Origin: Bugula neritina
Lineage: Eukaryota; Animalia; Bryozoa
DNA: 64,000 bases
Assembly: GCA_964035545.1 (NCBI GenBank)
Contig: OZ037766.1
Location: forward strand, 17,072,881 to 17,136,880
Reading direction: 5' to 3'
The notes under the pieces were generated by a model. That model searched no databases. It saw nothing but the letters and a program-made list of their open reading frames with translations, and was not told the DNA's origin. Shown here one piece after another: positions 1-53,117 of the stretch. The translations under genes and the position numbers were made by a program. How positions within the stretch are numbered: the stretch's first letter is position 1; every line of letters starts with the position of its first letter.

Positions 1-62
1 AGAGTGTGAGAGAATTGGTCACCTAACATACTGTACAGCAGATACTATATTATACTCTAGAC

Positions 63-77
63 CAGCCCCCTCCCCCC

Positions 78-114
<37 letters not shown>

Positions 115-415
115 TCTACATTTATGTGGCGTTTAAAGGCAAAACAAATGAAATTAATTTTCACAGTATACATGAATTCAAGTGAAGAACCTGCATTTTA
201 AATGTCTTATTTATACACATGCTACCAAACATGCTGCCTGCAATAACTATTAAGTTAATAATTAATTGTGTAATGATTAATAAGAATTTGGAATAAAATA
301 TTTGAAAATTACTGATGTTATGACCCCCAGCTTAAACTGAAGTTTTCAACGTGGCCCTCGCCATCTGAATATTCCCGTTCATTGGCCCTCCGTCTGAAAA
401 AGTTGGACACCCCTG
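63..415. mobile_element. hAT-Charlie-type non-autonomous DNA transposon with internal poly-C tract
   Basis: Exact 8-bp target-site duplication CTCTAGAC at 55-62 and 416-423, matching the Charlie NTCTAGAN preference. The right end reads AAAAAGTTGGACACCCCTG, a Charlie-type TIR. The left end starts CAG and is then replaced by a C-run. Confidence 0.75.
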
Positions 416-543
416 CTCTAGACCAAGACACAACCCTACCAAATAAAGGGGGAGGGGGGAGATAAACCAACCCTTCAACAGAGTATAATTATTGCCTATT
501 ACCTGAATCTATACCCTTCAGACATGAGTTAGAATAAACTCAC

Positions 544-40755
<40,212 letters not shown>

Positions 40756-42524
40756 CTATCAAAACAAAATATCTATACATCAACTTAGTATATATATTTT
40801 TACAGATTTTAAACCTAAAAACTAATTTAAAGATCTGAAACAGTAAGTAAAATTGAAATGAATTATAATGGCCGGCTTAGAATAAAAGTAGAGGTTTTTT
40901 ATACACCAGTAATAATGTTATTTAAAACTGCCTTAGACTGTTATTTTTCTTGAATAATTGGATCAACACAGCTATGGTAGAACATTCCTACTAATTGCTC
41001 AGACAAATTTATATGTTTTGGCAACAATATAACGTAATTATTTTGTACACCTTGTATATTTTACAATTTACTAGGATGTTTTGGGTTATTAGTGTAAACC
41101 TTTGTCATTTTTTAGCTAAATAAAACTCCTAACTATTTACTATTAGATCAGGACCCAATACTAAAATTATGCTGAGCATATCAATCGTTCACATGTAAGC
41201 AAAACATTTCATCACGTAATCCTACAAAAGCATGCATTGACACCACAAAACATATGTGGGAAATGATTTCTGTACTAGAAACATATACAATGTAGAACTG
41301 CATTATCTGCATAAAAGCTATACAAATACTTCGAGATGTGTTGATTTGTATAAGAGTAATGTTAAATTTGTCATACCATTTGCTGATTAAGGTTGGTGCA
41401 TTTTTAGTCCGGAAGAACAAAAGTAACATAAAAAATCTGCAGAAATCTGAGACAATGAAGCAGAGAAGACATGCTAAAGAAGTTCGGCATTAATATTCGA
41501 GTTTATTAGCAATTCAAGTGTTAAGTGCTAATAAGCTTTAATACCAATGCATAATGTCTTCAGCATATCTTCTCTGCTTACTTCAAACAACATAATATGC
41601 TTCCAGGTGCGTGGAAGACTGCCAACATCAATCATATACACTACATTTTCATGATTCGCATAATGCCAATGAAATTTTGATTCGCCTTACGGAAATAGTT
41701 GCATCGAAGGAAACCCGCAACCGCAAATCCATTCAAATGGTTCCTTCGGAGAAAATTCAATTCGAATTATGTGCAGCTTGGAAACAGGTCCTTCAATTAC
41801 ATCGGTGACTAGTTACATGGTTACGAGATATAAGCAATACAATTATTAGTTATAACCTAAGTTACAACAAATTTAAATTATTTTATTCATCTCAGCTGCT
41901 ATTATTTAAAATAATAACTAATCATCTTAAATTTATAAAACTTTTCTGCAAGCCTAAGTGATCCCAAGCTAAAAATAAACAGACAGCCATTTTTAGTTTG
42001 AAAATTTAAATTATATTTCAGTGTTAGATTATGCGTCATAAAATACTTTATGTTTTCATTCATTTATGCTTCTTTAATTTAAAATAAATTGATTAAAAGC
42101 CTACGTCTCTAATAAATTTAATCTAGCAAAATTTGGGGCAGAAGTGGTAATGAAAATATCATTGGGTGTTAACACTGACTCAACGGCGGCCATATTAATT
42201 TACATTTTAATTCAGCTGTCACAATTGAAAAGGAATTGTTTTCTTTAAAGAAAAAGAAAACTTTGTATGGATTACATAGGAAGGTGTGGTTTTCCTTCGT
42301 TGTAACCCCACAAGCATCCATACTGATTCATTTGATTACATGGAAATGCAGTGATATACAAGAAAGACAAAAAAACAAAAGGTATGCAATAATCGCCTTA
42401 TTACATTAAAAAGTACATTTTGCAAAAAGTCTAGACTCTAGAACATAGCTAAATAAAAACTAGCTTCATTGTCATTTCCTGTGACACCCTGTTATGTACA
42501 ACCTTCCATAATTTTGCAAGAGCA

Positions 42525-43560
42525 GTGGACAACTCATCAACTACTCATGTAGTAATTCAAGATTTCAAGATGCCCTTCGATGAAGTTTTTCATTTACTGC
42601 TCATGGAGAAAATCAGCCAAATTAAAAGAATTGACCAATTCATTGCTGTTGCTAACTTAATACAAAGCTTCATCACTGAAAGACACTCAAAACCCATGAT
42701 CAAAGCCCAAAAAGACAGTCATCTGAACTAGATGTAACATCTAGAGTTTTCCCAAGGGTAACTGTAGGATCAAAACTTTTCATAATATGCATCAATGATC
42801 TCCTCCAACCTGTCACAAGCAGAGTAATTTTATATGAGGACGCTGCACTCATATTTTATGCCGAGATCGACAATGAAATACAAAGACAAGCCTTTCAGAG
42901 AGACCTAGACTCACTTTACAACTTGTCACTTACATTGAAAACACCATTTAACACTGATAAATGTTGAGTGACCATAATTAGGGAAAGCAATGACAACTGC
43001 AATCTATATAAACTTAGTGAAACCACACTCAAACAATTGAAGAGGCCAAATAGTTCGGTGTAAGCATGCAATACAATCCGAAGTTTGGCAGACATATTGC
43101 ATCTAAAACCAACAATGTGAGCAAAGTACTTGGCTGCATTACGCATGCAATTTACAATGTTCCCATGAAAGCAAAGTAATTGCATACCTGAGTCTATGTT
43201 AGCCTATTCTTGAATATGCAGGCACATTATAGGATCCAACAAACAAAAGTGCCTGTGAGGAAATCAAACACCTCCAAAACCAAGATTTCAAGTTTATTGC
43301 TAACTTCAAAGAGGATGAGGCATCAGTGATACTCACACTGAGCTACAGCTTGAAACCCTTGTAAGCCAGAACAAAGACTACAGATTAACTTTGTTAATAG
43401 AAATACCCTCAGCTAAAAAGTGTAATGAAATATATTATCATTAATATTTATAAAACCCTTATCAGTTAATTAACACTTGATCAGCTAAGAGAGGAGAACT
43501 AACATTTCTGCATCCTCACAGACCTCTCACAACAGCTTCCTCTCTTGGAAATTTAGAGGT
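42525..43560 (+). mobile_element. Decayed CR1/L2/Jockey-group LINE reverse transcriptase remnant
   Basis: DFKMPFDEVFHLLLMEKI resembles DFSKAFDxVPHxxLLxK. A frameshifted PQG segment is followed by LFIICINDL and LYEDAALI (the F/YADD position). A later ILEYA...DP-like segment is present. Multiple stops and frameshifts. Confidence 0.75.
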
Positions 43561-44259
43561 TTGAGGATACCTCATAACACAAGTTCGGGTTAGCTATGTG
43601 CTAAAATCTCATAGGTACATTTTAGTTAAACACTTGAAACCTAACTTAGCTATTTGCTAGAATCCATTTATTCCAACATATGATGAACCCAATCAAAAAC
43701 AACACATGAGGCGCTCATGAATTTTGCACCATTAGGTGTTATCATAGTATTTCAATTTACAGTTGTATACATAAAATATTAACTTGCTTCTTAGAGAACT
43801 TTCAAGAGCTTTACATCTCTTCTCTATGTAGTCGTAAAGGTTTTGCTGTACTGCCTTGTAAATATGTTAATTTTCATTCTGTTACACGTGATAATTTAAC
43901 ATTTATGTTTATATTTTAGTTTTGTTACAAAAATGAATGCGAATGTTGATGAAATGCTGCATGAGCATATAACTACTTTTCATTTCCATACTCATTGGTT
44001 TCGTAGACTGACACTACTGTCATTCGTGTATTTGCTTGCGAAGTTATCAAATGCCTTGGGTAAACCCTAATATAGACATCATAAACAATCGCAACAATCA
44101 ATCAGCTTTTATCTAATATCAATATGCATAGATGACCTACACGCGATACTCTGTAACAATAACTTATAAATCACATAAACATTTAACTGCATATGGTTAC
44201 ATGGTTACAATGGGATGAAAACTAATTAAGATGCTAATAATTATCACATTGTTCATCTT

Positions 44260-45600
44260 CCATCTTTGCCTGACCTCCAGTTCCACCAAACCTTACTCGA
44301 CCACTTGCACCACTTCGGTCTAGATCTAGCCAGTGGCGATCGGCATTGATCGTGTCACTTCATCTTAGTTTTGGCCATAGACGCCCCTTGAGTCTCTATA
44401 CCATCTCATACACTCCCCTAGTGTCTCTATCTCTCTCACATTGACAAACATGACTACACCATTCTAGCCTCACGACATTTCTGATTAGCATAATATTTGC
44501 TTCTCCTGTTAATTCTTCATTTCTTCAGTGTTCCTATAAGTTAACCCCCATGTAGTATTTTAGCATACGCATCTCACAAGAGCTAATCCTGTGAAGAGTT
44601 TTGTTACGAGCCAGGTCTCATTTTCATATGCCAGGGCTCATTATATAGCAATCTTGTAGATGAAGACTTTCAGGTGTGCTGACATTTTCCTATGGCAGGG
44701 TACTCTACTTAAATCTCAACATTTGTTCCATGGCTTTGAAATATGCAACTCAATCTCCTTACGACAACCTCCTTTTTAGATGGTGGTACCTAAATATTTA
44801 AACTGTGCGCTCCAGAAAGAATTATCTTCTTTTCTGACTTACACTTCTACATACAGATGCTGCCATTCTCACCTACTGGTGGTAGATACTCTGTCTTTGA
44901 TCTGCTTAGCCTGAGTCCAACACTCTCCCTACTCTCCTGCATGCTTCCAATCTTTTTGCCTATGCTCATAGTGTATTGCTCCCAATGCTATCAGCAATCA
45001 CGTGCATAATGATGATAAAAGGCAGAGGACTCAAGGCAGATTCTGGATGTAAGCCGACATGTAATTCTATGGCTTCTGTGCTCCAAGTGTTTGCTTTAAC
45101 TTGGGTAACACAGTTCTTATACATATCTTGGATGGTCTTGATGTATCCTTAAGCAAAACTCTTCTGAGGCAGTACCAGGTCAAACTTTCTGGGAATTTAT
45201 TTTAGACCTTTTTTAAATCTACAAGCACCATATATATGCAGGCCTCCGTTAATTACCTAAAGCTCTTTAGTAGCGTGCGTAGGCAGAACATCGACTTAAT
45301 GGTGAACCTGCATTCTAAAGTCATGTTGGTTTAGCTTGGTCTTAACAATTGATCTTGAGTTTGTTTCAATCCCTCTATTTAGAAGTTTGACTTTGAGGCA
45401 GGTGATGAGGAGTTGAATACCTAAAGCTCTTTAGTAGCGTGCGTAGGCAGAACATCGACTTAATGGTGAACCTGCATTCTAAAGTCATGTTGGTTTAGCT
45501 TGGTCTTAACAATTGATCTTGAGTTTGTTTCAATCCCTCTATTTAGAAGTTTGACTTTGAGGCAGGTGATGAGGAGTTGAATACCCTGATAGTCGCCGCA
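44260..45600 (-). mobile_element. Decayed RTE-clade LINE remnant
   Basis: Minus-strand fragments in the expected order: CGDYQGIQLL (~CxNYRGISLL), VGLHPESALSPLPFII (~VGLHQGSALSPLLF), QFKYLGTT, and EMRMLKYYMGV...RNEE...RLEWCSHV (RTE C-terminal motif). Confidence 0.82.
45257..45584. repeat. 164-bp tandem duplication, apparently exact, inside the RTE remnant
   Basis: Copies at 45257-45420 and 45421-45584. Confidence 0.92.
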
Positions 45601-45758
45601 AATAATAATCATATTCGTGATTTTATTTTAAAAACAAATCAATAATTATGAATGCTTATTAAATCTTATTTTATTTAAAATTAAATAAAACTAATTTGCT
45701 CCTTGTTTAAATTCATATATTATGACCAATAGCTATTGTGAGTTTCATTGTAAGTTAT

Positions 45759-45899
45759 TAACTAAAAATTTAAGTATTATTATAGTATTACTATGAGTAT
45801 TAGTATTAATCTTCTCATTATAGTTATTCAATAACTACCATGATAATATTAATACTAATACTCATAGTAATACTATAATAATACTTAAATTTTTAGTTA
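45759..45899. repeat. 52-bp perfect inverted repeat with 37-bp spacer
   Basis: Arms 45759-45810 and 45848-45899 are reverse complements. Confidence 0.88.
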
Positions 45900-46718
45900 T
45901 GTTGTTTGATTTTACTCTTTAACTTGACTATTTATCATTATGACTTTATTTTATCAGAATTATAGACCTATAAATAAATTAATATTGATTAATCTTATCT
46001 GATCACTGATTATCATTATGATTGTGAATAATCAATCATGATTTACAATATGAATATGATTATGAATAAATGCCCTTACAGTTACCCCTGGGCCCTGAGT
46101 CTAAGTCTAGTCTGTTAACTGCGACACTTTTTCGTTACTTATAACTATAAGTTATAATTATAGTATTAGCATGAGTATAACTAATAAGTAATATCATTAA
46201 TGGTTATTACTATTATTATTAATATTAGTATTACTATTAGTAAAACTAAATGCAATACTAATTCTAAATTAAATTAGTAAATATCGAAGAAAATTTCAAT
46301 TAATGAATTATAATTTAGTTTTTTTGCATAAAATTAAATTATTATTAAGTATGTTTGGTTGTTTCGTTAGTGACTCAGACTGTGAAGTGACTGTCGATTC
46401 AAAGTTTTACCAGTAAAAGTTTTAGTATTACTATTAGTAAACAGATAATTACAAGTGAGTAACTATGTTATAAGACATAAGTGAATAACTTAGCCATTGC
46501 AATTACTATTAGTCTTGGACCAGGTACCAAGCAGCGAGATCTAATAACCCTTTGGTACCAAGCGCAAAAGCTGGTCCAATCAATTAAAACTTATAGTTGT
46601 AATAATAATATTTTAATAAGTTAGTGATTTAAATTTCTGCGCCAAAACAACGCCGCCACGATTAAGCCGCGTATCTAGACGTCCACAGTATTTGTAACAT
46701 TCCGCACCGGACTCCGCC

Positions 46719-46863
46719 TTGTTCTATAAACAACGTCAAGCTGGGGTGAAGGACGTTTTAATTTAGGGGTTCTCAAGTTCGAAGTAGGGAACTTAACTCT
46801 ACATTTGGGGCTCCAAACTGAAATCGTTCTTCACCCCCCAACTTGGAGCTGCTTATAGAACAA
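46719..46863. mobile_element. Degenerate fold-back/MITE-like inverted repeat
   Basis: TTGTTCTATAA...GGGGTGAAGGACG... pairs imperfectly with ...CGTTCTTCACCCCC...TTATAGAACAA (~55-bp arms). Confidence 0.55.
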
Positions 46864-47350
46864 CTCCCAGACTCCATGCATGATTTCTAATTGTATGAGT
46901 AATTTTGTTCTAGTAGTAGTTGCAGCTGAAATTTAAATTATTGCTAGAGTATAAGTATACTATATCTATTAGTAATAATAATTGTTTTAGTATACTTCAT
47001 CAATAATTTTAATGCTAAAAATATTGCGATTATTCAATTATTATTACTGTGTATATTAGTTATTCATAAGTATAACTGCTATGCCGGCTATTGGCTATTC
47101 ACTTTCAGTATTCATAAGTTTAACTTTAACTTTAAGTTATTGTTAAACTAAAACTTGAAATATTGACAATTGACATGCTCATGCTGATACTGATAGTGGT
47201 ACTCATACTAAAATACTCAAAGTTAAAGTTAATCTTCATCTTAATCCTATACCTAATAAACTTATAAAGACTTATACTTAAAGTTAAACCTATACTAATA
47301 CTTAGTCTTATAGTTAAACTTAATGTTAATTGTTATACTTAGTAGGTGCA

Positions 47351-47834
47351 GACGACAGGTCATTTTGTACCTGCTTTTCAGGGCGTTTCGTACACATCTA
47401 ATAATTCGTTTTGTACACATCAAAATAAGTTAACTAATATATATGTATTTTTATATTTATTATTTGATGTATGAGTCATAGAGTACTTCTCACAAGTAAC
47501 TTGCACATTTCATAATGGATAATACTAATAGAGTAATGAAAAAAATTGATCAAAATGAAAATAAAACCCAAAAATGGTAGGGTGTTCAATATTTATATAA
47601 AAATAAATATCAAAGCATTTACCATAATAGATAATTATCAATAGAATAATATAAATCATTGAACATAGGTGACATAGGAGGTGTGAAAGATACATGCTAG
47701 GATGCAATAAATAAGTTAAACTAGTATCGTTCAAGTGGTTGTCCAGTGGATTAATTTATTTTTCATTTTGTGTACAAAATAGACAGCAGTTTGTGTATGA
47801 AACGACCATTTTATATACGACACGACAGTAACCC
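47351..47834. mobile_element. MITE family copy A (subterminal TTTTGTACAC repeats; left end eroded)
   Basis: Shares CGTTTCGTACAC/TTTTGTACACAT motifs on the left, their inverted forms on the right, and the terminus CGACAGTAACCC with the element at 49250-49475. Confidence 0.65.
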
Positions 47835-49249
47835 ATTATACTTATACTTTTAGTTCTAGACGTTTTAGTTTTGCTATTAATAATATTAAGAGAAAGGGTT
47901 TAATAGTAATAGTAATACTTATACTATAGTTATACTCATTACTATTTCTATTAATACTATTAGTAATACTTATTGTACTATAAGCATAAGTGTAACTATT
48001 ACTATAGCTATTGCTATTAACGCCATTACTCATTAGTATAAGTATTGCTATTAGTATTAGTATTACTATTAGTAATAATTATGATAATATTAATACTAAA
48101 AGTTTATTAGTGCTACATTCACTATTTCTGTAATAGTCTCATAATTCATAAGTTTTACTTGTACTATGTTTATAGTAATAGTAATACTAATAGTAACACT
48201 AGCACTAGCAGTGACACGCGCACTGACTTGAACTTAATTAATAATAAACCCTTTTCCAATGGTCCTGATGGCCTCATTACAATTAAGAGTTGTGTCCTCC
48301 CAACTTGAAAAATTTTGAAGAAAACAAACTTGGACGCATTTTGTGGTTTTGGTTACTAAGCAATGCTAAAGTGGCAGCTATGATATAAGTCCCATTAATC
48401 ATTTGTTGTGCTGTATGTCACCACTTTATATTATAGCTGTTGACCCTTCAACTCTTGGGTCAAGTTCCACTGTATACATTAGTTACCACTGTCTTAGAGC
48501 ACATGCCTGCTAGTTGCACGTATGTAACGTGCACATGCCCGCTTAGCTGTGTTAGCATATTCAAGTAATTACACTTTAAAGAGTTTGTGCTGCATTATGT
48601 TCGAGGAACCATGAATGCTTTGCATAGTTTCATGTTATGGCGAAGAACAATATTATTATCAAGAAAAGCAAAGCTCAGTTTATGCAAAACTTTATTTAAA
48701 ATATTTATGTTATTTAGGCAGGCATCTTTTCATCTAGAGTATGAGAAGTTGAGAAGCTATAACATTAGGTAATTTCACTGAAAACCCAAGTAAAAAATTG
48801 AAAACCTAATTTTAACAATGTGTGCTTATACCAAAATATTTATCTCCTAAAAACAGTTCTATAGCATAATTAGAATTTTAAGTAGCAGCCAAACATTAAA
48901 TTTTTTATGAATTTGCTCTTTATAAAAAGGTTTAACCTATTCAATTTGGAAGGACACAACTCTTGATTGTAAAGGATTGGGGACACTGCAAAAGGGTCTA
49001 TTTAAAGTATAAATATTTGTATTACAATAATAATAATGTACTAGTTACTTAATCTATTGCTATTATTATTAATATTACTATTAGTATTCTTATTACTTTG
49101 AAACTAACTATAGTACTACTTAATGTTATGCTTCTATTCAAAGTAGAAGCATAACATTAAGTATTACTATAAAAATAAGTACAAGTATAACATTAAGTTT
49201 AACTATTAGTATAAGTATTGTATTTACTATTAGTAGTATTACTATTAGT

Positions 49250-49475
49250 GAGAGGCTGTCGTTTCGTACATACATTGATTCATACCCACTTTTTCCAGTT
49301 GTTTTGTACACATCTGATAGGTCATTTTGTACACATTAATATGAGTTAACTAAAATACATATTTTTGATATTTATTTATTATTTGGGTTTGCAGTTAATT
49401 TGTTACTCATTTTGTGTACAAAATGATCATTTTTTATACGAAACTACTACTTGTGTACGAAACAATAGCAACCCC
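49250..49475. mobile_element. MITE family copy B
   Basis: Left GCTGTCGTTTCGTACA and right TGTACGAAACAATAGCAACCC form an imperfect TIR. The interior is similar to copy A. Confidence 0.7.
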
Positions 49476-50874
49476 TATTCGTATTATTATAAGTTTTAGT
49501 ATAACTATGTGTATTACTATTACAGTATTACTTCTTAGTATTGCTATTATTATTATTATTACTATTACGGTATAACTCTATTAGTATAACTATTAATATA
49601 TCTATAAGCATTACGAATAGTAATAGTAATACTGTTATGTTATGATTAACTTCAAATTTAATCTTGATAGTGATGATCATAATGAGTAATGAGTATTTAC
49701 TAAGTCTAATGACTTGAGCACAAAGACAATTACGGTTATCATTTATATAAATTTATTATCATGGTCAGTGAATCGACTATCAAGTAATCATAACAGTTAT
49801 AAATTATTAGTATTAAAATGCATTGATAATTGATAATTTTAGTACAACTATACAATAAATTACCCTATTGTATAACTTTGCTAGGAAAAGAGTATTCTAA
49901 CAATGAAATTAGATAATAAAATATCTTGTTCTTCAACACTTGAAGTATGGAGAAAATAATGGGGTGCTTTGAAAATTTAGTGCTAGTCTTATAGCCTAAA
50001 ATGCCACGAATCTGCAGGGTTTTTTAACCTTTTGAAGTGCACCAGACAAGGGCATTACAGTGTTAAATTTAATTTCAAGCTAGAGTTAAATTTCTTTGAA
50101 AATATGCATTTCATGCTGACACGCTAACAAAAGTATTTTTATCACGAGCTTAAAGACCATTGAATTTAGCTTATTGTAAATCTTGTACCAAAAATCATAC
50201 ATATAACCACATAAATTAGGTTATTGTTGAGGTTTTTAGAAAAGTTACTTGTTATATTGATGCCAATAATATTTATAAAAAATAATTTGTGGTAACTTCG
50301 AAGTATGGTTATTTTAATTATTTAGATATAGGCTATATTGCTCATCCTAAATAAAAGAAATGACATTGTTTTACATCTATATTTAGTTCGGTTGTGTTTA
50401 GTTGTACTTCACCTGGCTACTGTAACATTAATGCGTGACACCACAAATAAGTTTAGGTTTACTTGACAATGGTAGCTTACTAACTTTAACTACAAGGTGC
50501 TCCAGTTTGGTTTAGTAACAATAGTAAATTGTAATGATTATTATGATACCCACAGTTGTCTTCTGCTGGCAGATTGCTAATCACAGTAATTTTTTCGTAT
50601 TTCCCTAATTTGTTTGCAGTTAATGTAATTTATTTATTGGATTTTGTTGTTGTTTATTTTTTGTTAAGCTATTTGATAACATTTATGTCACAAAAAGTTG
50701 CATATATCATAACTTTGGAATTCACTAAAATTAACTTTTCACTGCAATTGTCTTTACTTGATTATATCTTTTAAGCTCAATCCTCAAATATTTTGAACCA
50801 GAAAGTCATGTGGCCTATTTAGCCATTCAAGATCCATCATACTTATTTATTCCTTTTATGTTGATTTTAGGCAC

Positions 50875-51738
50875 ATGGAACGGCTAGCCCCAATTCTACA
50901 TGCTGGATTTCGTTTGATTAAATCTTCATGTCAGAGAAATTCCCTTTGTTTGACTTATCCTCAGTTAAAATATATTCAGCAGAGAGATGCAGGGCATAGT
51001 CATTGGGCAAATGTTCGTCACATTAAAGGAGCTAAGGACAAAGTCAAGAGTGACATATCTTCTCAACTAGCTAATCAGATTCGCATTGCTCTCAGAGATT
51101 CTACTAGTGCTAATGTCAAGACCAATTACAAATTGGCTAAGGCTATTGAATTTGGTGAAAAGAACAATATACCTTCCAAGTCTATCAAATCTATGATTGA
51201 CAAAGCAATATCTGTAAAAGATTCCTTATCACAAACAATATATGAAGCTAAAGGACCCAGTGGGAGTTTTCTTATCTTTGATATTTCTACTGCAAATAGC
51301 AAAAGAACAAAAAATGAAATGAATAGAGTTTTAGCAAGGCGAATAGGAGGATCTTTGATGAGTGCAGGAGGAACTAATGTTTATTTTGAAAAGAAGGGTG
51401 TGATTACAGCCATTTCTAAAGATGGGAAGGATATTTCTCTGGAAGATGTGGAAGATATTGCAATATCAGTTGAGGCTGAAGAGGTTAAACTAGAGGAAGG
51501 TTCGGATGATAGTGGCAATAACTATCAGATTATTTGTGATCCAAATAGTTTATATACAGTGGTAAAAGCCCTGCAAGAAACCGAGTTGGATGTTTTAGAT
51601 TTTAGTGTAATACCAATTCCAGTAATGCTAGTTGAACTCACCAATGATGAAAAAGAAGCTATCTCCTCTGCAATCGAAGGAATTAAAGAGCTGCAGGATG
51701 TTTCAGTAGACAACATTTATGACAACATAAAATGGTAA
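50875..51738 (+). CDS. TACO1: Mitochondrial translational activator of COX1 (YebC/PmpR family), single coding exon
   Basis: Basic N-terminal transit-like peptide, then AGHSHWANVRHIKGAKD, N..LAKAIE, IYEAKGPSG, FEKKGVI and a C-terminal DV..IYDNI. A splice acceptor TTTTAG at 50865-50870 implies a 5'UTR intron. Confidence 0.93.
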   Translation: MERLAPILHAGFRLIKSSCQRNSLCLTYPQLKYIQQRDAGHSHWANVRHIKGAKDKVKSDISSQLANQIRIALRDSTSANVKTNYKLAKAIEFGEKNNIPSKSIKSMIDKAISVKDSLSQTIYEAKGPSGSFLIFDISTANSKRTKNEMNRVLARRIGGSLMSAGGTNVYFEKKGVITAISKDGKDISLEDVEDIAISVEAEEVKLEEGSDDSGNNYQIICDPNSLYTVVKALQETELDVLDFSVIPIPVMLVELTNDEKEAISSAIEGIKELQDVSVDNIYDNIKW

Positions 51739-53117
51739 CCATTCCTGCATTCATTTTTATAGGCAATTCTTATAAATGCTTTTTAAAGTTTTACACATAT
51801 ATATTTATTTACCAGTGAGTTTGGTGAGGATAATGAAATATAGATCAAAGCTGTAAAATGAAATGGTTTTCATCTTTCTTTCATTAGCTCATCATTTTAG
51901 TTGTAGCATGTAGTCTTCTGTAAAATAATACCAGAGATAAATTATGAGCTCTAGGGTTGTAAAATAAGCATCAACCTGTTCATGTTAGAAACAATTGTGG
52001 CCTACTATTCCAGTACACACTGAGATATTTTAATATAACATGAAAGAAACTACCTACCTTCGTTGCTGACCTCACTTCAAAAAGTATTTATTATTTTGAG
52101 ACATTTTTGCTTGCATATGATAGTGGAGTCTTTCAAATATACCCTTGGGTCTCAAGATGATTGCAGATCTTCAGCAATGCAGCTTCTGTGAGCTTTGCGA
52201 ATGCATTGCTTTGTTTGTCCAACTAAATAACAAGTCTCTTGAGACATTCACTACTTTTCATAAGTAAATAGTTAAATCACAAGTGAATTGGTGTTGCAAT
52301 AAAACGAAATGTTGCGTTTATTAGTAAAAAATTGCAAACAAAAGAGTACCTTCTGAGGTAAATGTTCTAAACATTTGTGAATTATGTGAGCATGGCCCAA
52401 CATTCACTCAATACAGCAATACCATGATAGTGCCAATTGTGTTATTGTCAATTCTAATGATGTACTAGAATTCCCAATTCACCAGAAGCTCTTTTATGAG
52501 TTTAGCTTATTTAATGAGTTGGAACAAAATTATTATTCTTATCACATTAAAGATAATAATGGTAAGTAAGTGTTTAAAATGATTAAATTTCAAAATGCCT
52601 TAACTAGCATAATTTTAAAAATGGTTGTAAAAAAGTGCGTAAAACAAATAACCTAAATTTGAAGTTACTTTACACAAAATGAACTTCAACAATAGAAACA
52701 TTGCAAAAAATATTGCATAAAGGCACCAGCAGAATAAATATTTAAATATATAAAACCAGTAAAAGATAACAAATGTAAGATGTTGAATAACAAATGCAAT
52801 AAAAGCTGAATGAGTGTCACACAATGCTTGGCTTCCACTAGATATTGCTAAGGAGAGAGATTCTTAGAGGACGAAATACATTGCCATTAGAATTATAGAT
52901 TATTTTTGTCAAAAAAGTTCAATGATTAAGAAAATCTAAATACACTGTGAAAACATGGTAGGTATAGTGAAATGGAGTATTTTACTAGCAAAATTTGCAT
53001 GAGTGAACTCGGCAGTCTTATTAGGTATTTTTCAACATAGGCCAACCAACATTAGCCACAGGTCTACATTAGAAAGTGTAGCCATAACTTATCAAGTTTG
53101 AACCGTAGTTCTCCCAA

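Noticed and set aside
41600-41840. Possible Tc1/mariner transposase relic or cadherin first exon
   Set aside because: No diagnostic motif or TIR, and no convincing signal-peptide exon in the required phase.
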